From positions 1 to 25,963 of the IMG/VR virus record IMGVR_UViG_3300036783_000247: DNA of 25,963 nucleotides; one strand, 5' to 3'. A program made the position numbers and the translations under genes. The notes beneath the pieces were generated by a model. That model was not told where the DNA came from. It saw only the letters and a program-made list of their open reading frames with translations, and did not search any database. Positions 1 to 7,149 of this stretch are shown here, one piece after another. Every line of letters begins with the position of its first letter. The stretch's first letter is position 1. Source of the DNA: a virus (Duplodnaviria; Caudoviricetes).

Positions 1-494
1 CCTTGAGCTGCGGTTTTCGGCTTGGCCCGTGGCGAGTCCGAGGGGATGTACGCTGACTCGTCGCGGCGGCTGAACGTGCGCATCGCGAACCGCTCGATCT
101 TCTCCGGCTCGGACCAGTCGACCTCGAAGAGCCCCTTGACGAGGGGCGAGTCCTTGCTCAGCAGGTAGATGCGGTTCCAGCCGGCCGCGCCGGACTCAAC
201 CACGCAGGGGCGCACCCGGATGTAGCCGGCGCGCTCCAGCCGGTCGAGCGACTCGCGAACGGTGCGCAAGGTCGTCATGGCGAAGATCGCCAGGTCCTCG
301 TTGCCGATCAGCGCGTCCCACGTCTTCTCGCTGGCCTCGTCGCCGATGCCGATCAGCACGAGCTTGTCGGTCGCCGATGGGGAGGGCTCCGACTCGACGC
401 GCTGCGACGAGCCGCCGCCGGGCGGCTTCTTCTGTCTGACGGTGGACGTGATCACCGTCTGGTCTTTTGCCCACACCAACGTGCGGAGGGACAT
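1..494 (-). CDS. Helix-turn-helix protein resembling phage replication initiators (HTH_36-like N-terminus), 3' end outside the window
   Basis: Not in the ORF track; my translation from ATG 494 (GAGGA RBS upstream): MSLRTLVWAKDQ...TDKLVLIGIGDEA...DLAIFAMTTLRTVRESLDRLERAGYIRV...GWNRIYLL. The frame is open to position 1. The pattern MS..WA/KLVL/TV..L..LE..G.I/N.Y.L is typical of phage replication-protein wHTH domains. Confidence 0.7.
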   Translation of the reverse strand, partial: MSLRTLVWAKDQTVITSTVRQKKPPGGGSSQRVESEPSPSATDKLVLIGIGDEASEKTWDALIGNEDLAIFAMTTLRTVRESLDRLERAGYIRVRPCVVESGAAGWNRIYLLSKDSPLVKGLFEVDWSEPEKIERFAMRTFSRRDESAYIPSDSPRAKPKTAAQ

Positions 495-602
495 GGTTTG
501 GTCCTCTCAGCACACGCGTGTCCCATGGACGGCGCATAGGCGCGCCAGTACACTGGGAGACGTCGCGTGCAGGTCGTGGAGTCCGTGCTGCGACACCTCG
601 TC

Positions 603-630
603 CGGGCCCGGAGTCCCCACTCCGGGCCCG
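603..630. terminator. 12-bp hairpin downstream of the GNAT gene
   Basis: CGGGCCCGGAGT-cccc-ACTCCGGGCCCG perfect inverted repeat; no clear U-tract. Confidence 0.45.
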
Positions 631-670
631 TGGTGTGTCGGGGGCAGTGTGCCCCGTCGATCTTGTTTGG

Positions 671-1234
671 TCACTCACCCCCGCCCGGCGTGTCCGGTGA
701 TGGCGAGGTGGAAATCAGCCCGGTGGACCGTTGAAAGCACACCGCTGACGGAGTGTGGTGCCCCTCGACGGTGCGTACGAACTCGAATCCCCTCGCCACA
801 TAACTAGCCCACAACCCGGCCGCCCGAGGGCTAGTCCAGGCGTCAAGTCTCAGCCACGTGTAACCACGACCGGCGGCAAATCCGGCCGCGAAATCCAGCA
901 AGCGGTCACCAACCCCTCGCGACTGCGGTCGCGCAAAGTCCCGAGTGAGTCGGTGGATGAACAACGCCTCCCGCTCCTCCTTCTCCGTCCACAAGCCGTG
1001 ATCTGTTCTGGAATTTAGTGTCACCATTCCTAGAATTCGATAGTCCGAATCCTGATAAAGCCAGGTTTCTCCGTTTTCAAGCGCGCGTGCGAAGCCGGCG
1101 ATCATGGTTTCCCGGTCAGGAAAGTCATACTGCCACTGGTCCGATCCGCGAGCGGCGAGCCACGTTTTCGCCTGGTCACGCAGGCGTATGACCTCATCAA
1201 GGTCATGTAGCCCTCCCTGTCGAAACGGAATCAC
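671..1234 (-). CDS. GNAT family N-acetyltransferase
   Basis: Motif-A-like 'LFIHRLTRDFARPQSRGVGDRLLDFA', then 'WLRLDAW' and 'YVARGF'; its start overlaps the GntR stop (GTGA). Confidence 0.85.
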   Translation of the reverse strand: MIPFRQGGLHDLDEVIRLRDQAKTWLAARGSDQWQYDFPDRETMIAGFARALENGETWLYQDSDYRILGMVTLNSRTDHGLWTEKEEREALFIHRLTRDFARPQSRGVGDRLLDFAAGFAAGRGYTWLRLDAWTSPRAAGLWASYVARGFEFVRTVEGHHTPSAVCFQRSTGLISTSPSPDTPGGGE

Positions 1235-2028
1235 GCGCCGTCCATTCCCTGAATCCGAAGAATTACGCTGATGTCGCCCGCGCGATAGGCGATGGTGTTG
1301 CGGTCAGGAGGCAGTAGTTCGCGCGTGTACCGCACGATTCGGTCCTGAGTGCAGGCAACCCTCCTGTACACCAGGATCCACGTCCCCTTGGCCATCCTGA
1401 ACAGGCTCTGCTCCTGTTCGTGGGTCGGCCGAGTATCGACCCGGTCGTCCCATCCCACCTCGGCGTGACCATGGGCCGCCATGCGCGCCACGGTTCCCTC
1501 GGGAATGTCGTCTGCGGTGTCGAGGCCGCACGACCTGGCGAATTCGTAGGGGTAGTAGCTCACCTGCTCGGACCAGGGGAACTCGTCGATATAGCGGGTG
1601 CACTCGCGGACAACAACAAGTTCGCGCGGAGCGATGTTGAGGCGCCTGGCGACGCTATCTTCGGCGGCCACGATTTGAAATGCGAAATCCTGGGTCGGGG
1701 TATGGCCCAGCTCCAGCACTTCCGAATGCCAGGTATCGGTGGTGCCCTGCCGCGTGGGGTTCTCGCGGTGCGCGTCGTGCACCAGTGTTGGCAGCCTGCG
1801 CACGAAGGTCCCGCTGCGCCCCTTGGTGATGAGCAACCCCTCGGCAGCCAGTACGCCAAGCGCCTCGCGGATCGTGCCTCGACTGGCCCTGTAGCGGCCC
1901 GCGAGCGCCACCTCCGATGGCAACTGGGCGCCAGACACTAGCTCAACGCCCAGCAGTGTGGCCTCCCCCAGGATCGCGTCCCGTAGCTCGTCCGCGATCG
2001 CGCGGTGGCGGGCTGTAACTCCCACCAA
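1231..2028 (-). CDS. GntR-family (HutC/UTRA) repressor, KorSA/TraR-like
   Basis: wHTH 'GAQLPSEVALAGRYRASRGTIREALGVLAAEGLL...GRSGTFV' plus a UTRA-like C-domain; AGGAGG RBS at 2032-2037 (true start may be GTG 2025); divergent from the transfer operon, as in actinomycete plasmids and AICEs. Confidence 0.92.
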   Translation of the reverse strand: MVGVTARHRAIADELRDAILGEATLLGVELVSGAQLPSEVALAGRYRASRGTIREALGVLAAEGLLITKGRSGTFVRRLPTLVHDAHRENPTRQGTTDTWHSEVLELGHTPTQDFAFQIVAAEDSVARRLNIAPRELVVVRECTRYIDEFPWSEQVSYYPYEFARSCGLDTADDIPEGTVARMAAHGHAEVGWDDRVDTRPTHEQEQSLFRMAKGTWILVYRRVACTQDRIVRYTRELLPPDRNTIAYRAGDISVILRIQGMDGA

Positions 2029-2047
2029 GCACCTCCTCTGATCCGGT

Positions 2048-2124
2048 TGGTCTGATCAAGCTACCCCAAGACCCCTTGACAAGACCAGAGCTGACGCTAG
2101 TCTTAGCGCCGTAAGTACAGACCA
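2048..2124. promoter_or_regulatory. Rightward promoter of the transfer operon overlapped by putative GntR operators
   Basis: TTGACA (2076-2081), 16 nt, TAGTCT (2098-2103). Related boxes TGGTCTGATCAA (2048-2059), TTGACAAGACCA (2076-2087) and AAGTACAGACCA (2113-2124) resemble HutC-type TGGTCTAGACCA operators. Confidence 0.65.
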
Positions 2125-2173
2125 GAGAGGCCACGCAGACCAGCGAGGCCAAGCCGTCAAGAAGGAGTTGATC

Positions 2174-2461
2174 GTGGTCGATAGCCGTGACGATCCCCTC
2201 GCTGACCTGCGGGGACCGACGCGGGACGAGTTGGCCGCGATCGAGCAGGAAGCAGTGCTGGACCAGTTCGAGCTCGCACTGCTGGACATGGAGATCGCCG
2301 AAGCCGGACGGCGTCACATCGCTGCCGTCAACGCCGAGGGGTACGCGGCACGGCAGCAGCACAGAGCCGCGCTACTGACCCTCCAGTTGCTCAGAACGGC
2401 TCCACAGGCACGGCTGGCGCGGTGCTGGCCCGATCGAGAACTTCCAGGGAGGACAGCGTGA
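2174..2461 (+). CDS. DUF6284-like small protein, first gene of the transfer operon
   Basis: 'GPTRDELAAIEQEAVLDQFELALLDMEI' resembles the PT.AEL.AIE.E...E..LLD..I motif of AICE first genes; AAGGAG RBS before GTG 2174. Confidence 0.6.
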   Translation: MVDSRDDPLADLRGPTRDELAAIEQEAVLDQFELALLDMEIAEAGRRHIAAVNAEGYAARQQHRAALLTLQLLRTAPQARLARCWPDRELPGRTA

Positions 2462-2907
2462 CCAGCGAGAACCCCGCCGACCTCGACGGTCTGTGGCCGC
2501 TCCCCACCCTCTGCAGTGGCCCGCGCCCCGGCTGGGTCCGCACGCGGCGCAACAACGGCACCTGGGGCCTGACCTGCGTAAATAGCACTGAAAACGGACA
2601 GAACGGACGCTCTGTGAGCGACGACGACCTGTGCACCGCCCCCGGCCAGCTCACCATCGACGACGCCTCGGCGGCGTCCTATGAGGACGTGGCCGCCGCC
2701 GAGATCGCCGACAAGCTGGTGCAGGCGATCCTCCGCGGCGAGCGGCCGGCGCTGCCATGCACTGGCACCGTCGAGGCCGACGAGCTCACCGTGGCGTGGG
2801 GCCGGCTCGCCCGCGAGGGTCGCAAGGTCGGCCTCTCCCTCGTGAAGGACCCGTCGCCCCTCTGGGCGCAGGTGGCCGACGTCAGCCAGTTCGGAGCCGA
2901 GCGATGA
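2458..2907 (+). CDS. Hypothetical protein (149 aa)
   Basis: GGAGG RBS, GTGA coupling to the upstream gene, high GC3. Confidence 0.65.
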   Translation: MTSENPADLDGLWPLPTLCSGPRPGWVRTRRNNGTWGLTCVNSTENGQNGRSVSDDDLCTAPGQLTIDDASAASYEDVAAAEIADKLVQAILRGERPALPCTGTVEADELTVAWGRLAREGRKVGLSLVKDPSPLWAQVADVSQFGAER

Positions 2908-3191
2908 CCCACTCGCCGAGCAAGCCGGGTGACCCGGAGCGCCTGCCGCAGCAGACGACCAAGGAGTGGATCGAGGCCAACGGCACGACCGGCCCGATCA
3001 ACGCGCCGAGCCACTGGCGCGAGAGCCTCGGCCTCCGCCGCACCCGTCGCCGCCGGCCGTCGCAGGCGGTGCAGCTCGACATCGTCACGACCCTGGCCGA
3101 GATCGACGACACGCCGCCCTCGGGCGAGGAGTCCCGCACCACGTGCGGCACGATCGGCACCTCCCCCCGCACCACCACCGAGGAGTGCTGA
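2904..3191 (+). CDS. Hypothetical protein (95 aa)
   Basis: ATGA coupling; ends just before the next start. Confidence 0.55.
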   Translation: MTHSPSKPGDPERLPQQTTKEWIEANGTTGPINAPSHWRESLGLRRTRRRRPSQAVQLDIVTTLAEIDDTPPSGEESRTTCGTIGTSPRTTTEEC

Positions 3192-3193
3192 CC

Positions 3194-4831
3194 GTGGCGA
3201 TCTCCCTCTTTCCCCCCCGCATGGTCGTCGTCAACGGCAAGCCGATGACCCGCGCCGGCGTTCGCGACGTGGAGCGACAGAAGCTCCTCATTGAGCGCGA
3301 AAAGGCGGACATCATGCTGAGCAAGCAGCGCGACGTCGCCGCGGCCGAGGTCGCAGCAGCCGAGGCCATCGCCGAAAAAGCGCGCCTGGAACTCGCGGAC
3401 GTGCAGGCCGTTCACGACGCGAAGCGTGCCGTCGTCACGAAGTCGGAAACGACCGAGTCTGAGCGCAAGAAGTCGAAGGAGCGGGTGAAGCGCAGCCGGC
3501 GCAACAACGTCGGAATGGTCGTGGCCCTGTGTGCCGCCATCGAATTCGCCGGCCAGGTGATCTTCTTCTTCGGATACCTCGACAATTGGCCGCAGCAATT
3601 GCTTCCTCTGCTTTTCCTGGCGCCCTTCATTGTCCCGATCTTCACATGGGGCTTCGGCAGGGATGCGTACCTGCGCGCCAAGGACAAGGTCCCGTACGCC
3701 AAGTCGATGATGGTGATGTGGATCTCCGCGTTCGCGGCCGCCGCGATGATCACGTTCGAGCTGACGCTCATCCTGAGGATTCCCGGGCTGCCGGAATTCT
3801 TCGGCGCTGCGTCCATTGCGGGCCCCGCGATGTTCCACTGGCACGTGGGCAGCGTTTCGCAGGACGCACACGAGATTTCAGCGATCGACCGCGCGAAGAT
3901 GATCGCCCGAAAGTGGGCGAACCGCTTGCGGCACCCGTTCATCTGGTGGGGAGCGGTCGATCTTTACCACTCCAGCGTGGGCGTCATCGACTACGAGCAC
4001 GCATGGCTGATGGTCTACCGCCAGAAGAAGGGGCACCTGCCGGGCATGCTGCCGGTCTACGTCCCGGACGTTCAGGTACGTCGGCTGCGCTGGCTGCGCA
4101 AGCTGCTGGACCGCCTCGTGTTCGCCACGAGCAACGGTGTGAGCAACGGGCGAGTGAGCAACGGCGCGAGCAACGCGACGCCGGGGCGCCACGCGATCGA
4201 AGCCCCGGCAACGAGCAACGCCGTTGCTCCTGGCGTTGCTCAGGAGGCGTTGCTCCCGGCCGTTGAGCAACGGCCCGTCGTTGCTCCGCCGGAGTCCGAT
4301 GCGGAGATCACGGCCCCGATGAGCCCGTTGCTCGACGAGGTCTCCGCCTGGCTGGAGGGCAAGGGTACGGGCGTTGCTCACGCCGATGTGGCGGCCGGCC
4401 TGCGGGAGGTCACCGCGTTGCTGGAGACGCGTAACCCCAGGTCGCAGGGCGTTGCTCAGCAAGCAACGAGCAACGGTGTGAGCAACGACGCTCCGGCCAG
4501 CAACGGTGTGAGCAACGGGTCGACAAGCAACGACATGAGCAACACGAAGGCCGAGAGCAACGTCCGTCGACTGTTGAGGCGGCGACCGGAGCAACGGTCG
4601 AGCAACGCGCCGGCGAGCAACGTTCCCGCCTCGCAGTTGGTCCGCGAGTGGATGGACAAGAAGATCGCGAGCAACGTGCCGCTGGACCAGATCTTCGGCA
4701 GCGACGCCATGGCGGCGGTCAACCCGCTGCTCGTCAAGGCGGGGCGCGAGGAGGTCACTCGACAGGCCGCTGACAACGCCGTCAGGAACTACCGCAAGCA
4801 GTTGCAGAAGAAGCAGCGCCGCGAGGCGTAG
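3194..4831 (+). CDS. Spd-like (plasmid spread) membrane protein: coiled coil, about 4 TM helices, low-complexity C-terminal part
   Basis: GAGGAG RBS before GTG 3194; Ala/Glu/Lys-rich helix, four hydrophobic segments, then an SN/VA-rich tract; located in the tra operon. Confidence 0.7.
   Translation: MAISLFPPRMVVVNGKPMTRAGVRDVERQKLLIEREKADIMLSKQRDVAAAEVAAAEAIAEKARLELADVQAVHDAKRAVVTKSETTESERKKSKERVKRSRRNNVGMVVALCAAIEFAGQVIFFFGYLDNWPQQLLPLLFLAPFIVPIFTWGFGRDAYLRAKDKVPYAKSMMVMWISAFAAAAMITFELTLILRIPGLPEFFGAASIAGPAMFHWHVGSVSQDAHEISAIDRAKMIARKWANRLRHPFIWWGAVDLYHSSVGVIDYEHAWLMVYRQKKGHLPGMLPVYVPDVQVRRLRWLRKLLDRLVFATSNGVSNGRVSNGASNATPGRHAIEAPATSNAVAPGVAQEALLPAVEQRPVVAPPESDAEITAPMSPLLDEVSAWLEGKGTGVAHADVAAGLREVTALLETRNPRSQGVAQQATSNGVSNDAPASNGVSNGSTSNDMSNTKAESNVRRLLRRRPEQRSSNAPASNVPASQLVREWMDKKIASNVPLDQIFGSDAMAAVNPLLVKAGREEVTRQAADNAVRNYRKQLQKKQRREA
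4129..4676. repeat. Array of the 8-bp repeat GAGCAACG in both orientations; candidate clt / TraB recognition sequences
   Basis: 14 forward copies (4129, 4141, 4156, 4168, 4213, 4265, 4468, 4480, 4510, 4555, 4589, 4600, 4615, 4669) and 7 reverse copies CGTTGCTC (4222, 4234, 4248, 4279, 4326, 4372, 4450), plus 1-mismatch copies. Confidence 0.85.
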
Positions 4832-4841
4832 CGAAAGACCC

Positions 4842-4885
4842 CCGGGTGGGCGGCTGTTGACTTCCCGGTCCCGCCGCCCACCCGG
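4842..4885. terminator. 13-bp stem hairpin after the Spd-like gene
   Basis: CCGGGTGGGCGGC...GCCGCCCACCCGG perfect inverted repeat, 18-nt loop. Confidence 0.5.
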
Positions 4886-4930
4886 ACACCACCCGCAACG
4901 TTCGATCAACGAAGGGGCGAGGAGCCCATC

Positions 4931-5452
4931 ATGGCAGACTCCACTACGCTCAACTCGACTACAGAGCGTGAGGTCCACACTCCGCACTCCACACCGGAGA
5001 GTGTGCGGGTCGGGAAGAGCGACCAGGGGTTTTCGGCCGCCGGCGGGCCCAAAACTCCACACTCCGCACTCACGGAGAGTGACGAGCGGCCGTCGCGGGT
5101 GCTCGCGGTCCTGGACTGGCTGAAGGAGCGCAACCTCGTCCCGCCGGGTTTCGCGACCGAGCCGATGCCGTCCCTGGTGGAGGTCATCGAGCACGTCCGG
5201 CAGACCGCTGAGGCCAAGACCGACTCGCCCTGGGGACGCGCCTTCCGGATGGCCTGGGCCTACCTGGTCGGCATCCCCACGACCTGCCTGGGCTACTTGC
5301 TGGCCTGGTCGTCCTGGTTCGCCGCGCGCCTGCTGTTCGTCACGCTCGTCTCCATGTCCGTGATGTCGCTGCTGCAGTGGATTCCCCTCGTGCACTGGCT
5401 GCTCGCCTGGATGAGCTACCCCTACTGGTGGCACCGCCTCACCGGCTGGTAA
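4931..5452 (+). CDS. Membrane protein of the transfer operon (Spd-like)
   Basis: GAGGAG RBS; C-terminal Trp-rich hydrophobic segments. Confidence 0.7.
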   Translation: MADSTTLNSTTEREVHTPHSTPESVRVGKSDQGFSAAGGPKTPHSALTESDERPSRVLAVLDWLKERNLVPPGFATEPMPSLVEVIEHVRQTAEAKTDSPWGRAFRMAWAYLVGIPTTCLGYLLAWSSWFAARLLFVTLVSMSVMSLLQWIPLVHWLLAWMSYPYWWHRLTGW

Positions 5453-5506
5453 TCACCGCCGCAACGTCAACCAATCAACAGCTCGAAAGGGAAAGAGGAA
5501 AGAGAA

Positions 5507-5959
5507 ATGAACTACGCGGCCATCGGCTCGGGAATCATGAGCGGCGTGCTGAGCATCGTGGCGGGCTGGTTCTACTTCCGTCACAAGAAGGACTCCAAGC
5601 TCACCATCATCCTGTTTGGCCTGGTCGGCATGCTGGGCGTCGGATCCCTCTGGGCGGGCATCGCCGCCGCCGTGCACAACACCGAGATGGGCATCGCCCA
5701 CGGCCTCGGCGGCGCACTCGGCGGCGCCTCGGCCGGCATCGTGATCGGCATCTCGGTCATCGCCTGCCTGGAGATCTTCTGGAAAGCGCTGCACCGCAGC
5801 GGTCAGCCGAAGAAGTGGCACCCCTGGGTCGCACTGATCCTCGGCATCGTGATGTCGGCGTCCGGCGTCGGCCTGTTCACCAGCTTCAAGGACACGGTCA
5901 CCTCCATTGCCACCCAGGTCGGCCAGGACACGATGGGCGCCGGCGGCTCCGGCCAGTAA
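5507..5959 (+). CDS. Integral membrane protein, about 4 TM (Spd-like)
   Basis: Four Gly-rich hydrophobic stretches; purine-rich RBS region; high GC3. Confidence 0.75.
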   Translation: MNYAAIGSGIMSGVLSIVAGWFYFRHKKDSKLTIILFGLVGMLGVGSLWAGIAAAVHNTEMGIAHGLGGALGGASAGIVIGISVIACLEIFWKALHRSGQPKKWHPWVALILGIVMSASGVGLFTSFKDTVTSIATQVGQDTMGAGGSGQ

Positions 5960-6002
5960 TCAGTAGCAGGAACTGTTACCCAGTGAGGGGCGGGTAGTTC
6001 AC

Positions 6003-7079
6003 ATGGGCACCACAGGATCCATGGGCTCGGTGGTCACGCTGATGATCGTCGCATGGCTCATCATGAGGCCCGGCCGCGCCCTGTACAACGCGATCAAGGG
6101 CAACGACCCGGAGCAGTCGCGCACGGCAATTGACCGCGCTATCGATTACATCGTGGAAGAGGCCGGCGGCAGTTTCGTCGGCAATGCACACATCGGCGGT
6201 CGCACCTTAGGTGCCATCAAGAGGCTGTTCGGCGGCGGGAAGAACACCGCGCCGTCGGACAGCGGAGGGACACCCGCCTCCACCGCCCCTGGCGGCGCAA
6301 CGCCGCCGGCCGGGGGCACGCCCGGCCCCAGTCCGGCCCCGACCTCGGTCGGCGGGGGCGGGGGCGGGGGTGGGGGTGGCGACACGACCACCGGCGGGGG
6401 CGGAAGCGGGGATACCGAGGGGGACACCCCCGGCGGCGCCCGACCCGAGGAGATCGACCCCACCGGCGGGGGAGACACCCCCGACCCGACCGGCCCGACA
6501 CCCGGCGGCGGCCAGGTCCCGCCGGGTGACCCCACCGGTGACCCCGCCGGTGGCGGCGCAACGACAGTCGACTGGGGCGCCTGGGCCGCCCTGCTGGACG
6601 ACGACGATCCGCCTCGCGTCGTCCAGGCAACAGCAGAACGGTTATGGCCCGAACCGACCCCACCGGCGGGCTTGCCGCCTGCACCACCGAAGGCCCTCGA
6701 AGGGTCATCGACCGAAGGGAGCACCACCATGACCGCCATCGCCACCACCGGCGCCACCACCGGCGCCATCACCGTGGCCACCGACAGCGCCAGTCCCGAG
6801 ATCACCAAGAAGATCGGCTCGCAGTTCGACGTCGTGCTGGGCAGGGCCATCGGCCTGCTCGACCAGTACGAAGGCGCGCTGCGGAGCAGGAGCGAGACGA
6901 TCGGCGGCGAGACGATGGCGCAGATCGCCCAGATGAAGCAGGGCTTGGCCATCGCCAAGGCCGCCGCGACCAAGCTCGCCCACCGCGGCGCCGTCCAGGC
7001 CCGGGCCGCCGAGCCGGTGCGCAACGTTGACGACGTCCAGCTGCCGGCCAACAGCTACTACGCCGGCAACGCCCGCTGA
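6003..7079 (+). CDS. Membrane-anchored Pro/Gly/Thr-rich protein preceding traB (possibly TraA-like)
   Basis: N-terminal TM, long P/G/T/D linker, helical C-domain ending 'PANSYYAGNAR'; immediately upstream of traB. Confidence 0.7.
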   Translation: MGTTGSMGSVVTLMIVAWLIMRPGRALYNAIKGNDPEQSRTAIDRAIDYIVEEAGGSFVGNAHIGGRTLGAIKRLFGGGKNTAPSDSGGTPASTAPGGATPPAGGTPGPSPAPTSVGGGGGGGGGGDTTTGGGGSGDTEGDTPGGARPEEIDPTGGGDTPDPTGPTPGGGQVPPGDPTGDPAGGGATTVDWGAWAALLDDDDPPRVVQATAERLWPEPTPPAGLPPAPPKALEGSSTEGSTTMTAIATTGATTGAITVATDSASPEITKKIGSQFDVVLGRAIGLLDQYEGALRSRSETIGGETMAQIAQMKQGLAIAKAAATKLAHRGAVQARAAEPVRNVDDVQLPANSYYAGNAR

Positions 7080-7085
7080 TTGCCC

Positions 7086-7124
7086 GGCCGGTTGAGCCGG
7101 CCTTCCCCTCCGGCTCAACCGGCC
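7086..7124. terminator. 15-bp stem hairpin directly upstream of traB
   Basis: GGCCGGTTGAGCCGG-ccttcccct-CCGGCTCAACCGGCC. Confidence 0.5.
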
Positions 7125-7149
7125 ATCCCCAACCTCCGGGAGTCACAGC

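Noticed and set aside
196-807. Track ORFs 196-678 (-) and 262-807 (+)
   Set aside because: The minus frame starting at 494 has a better RBS, codon bias and an HTH pattern; it is missing from the track because it runs off the window. A suspected frameshift in it disappeared on re-reading.
4129-4676. CRISPR array
   Set aside because: Repeats are only 8 bp, irregularly spaced, in both orientations and inside a CDS; no cas genes seen.
3878-5434. 518-aa minus-strand ORF
   Set aside because: Antisense shadow of well-supported plus-strand genes; typical high-GC artefact with no motifs.
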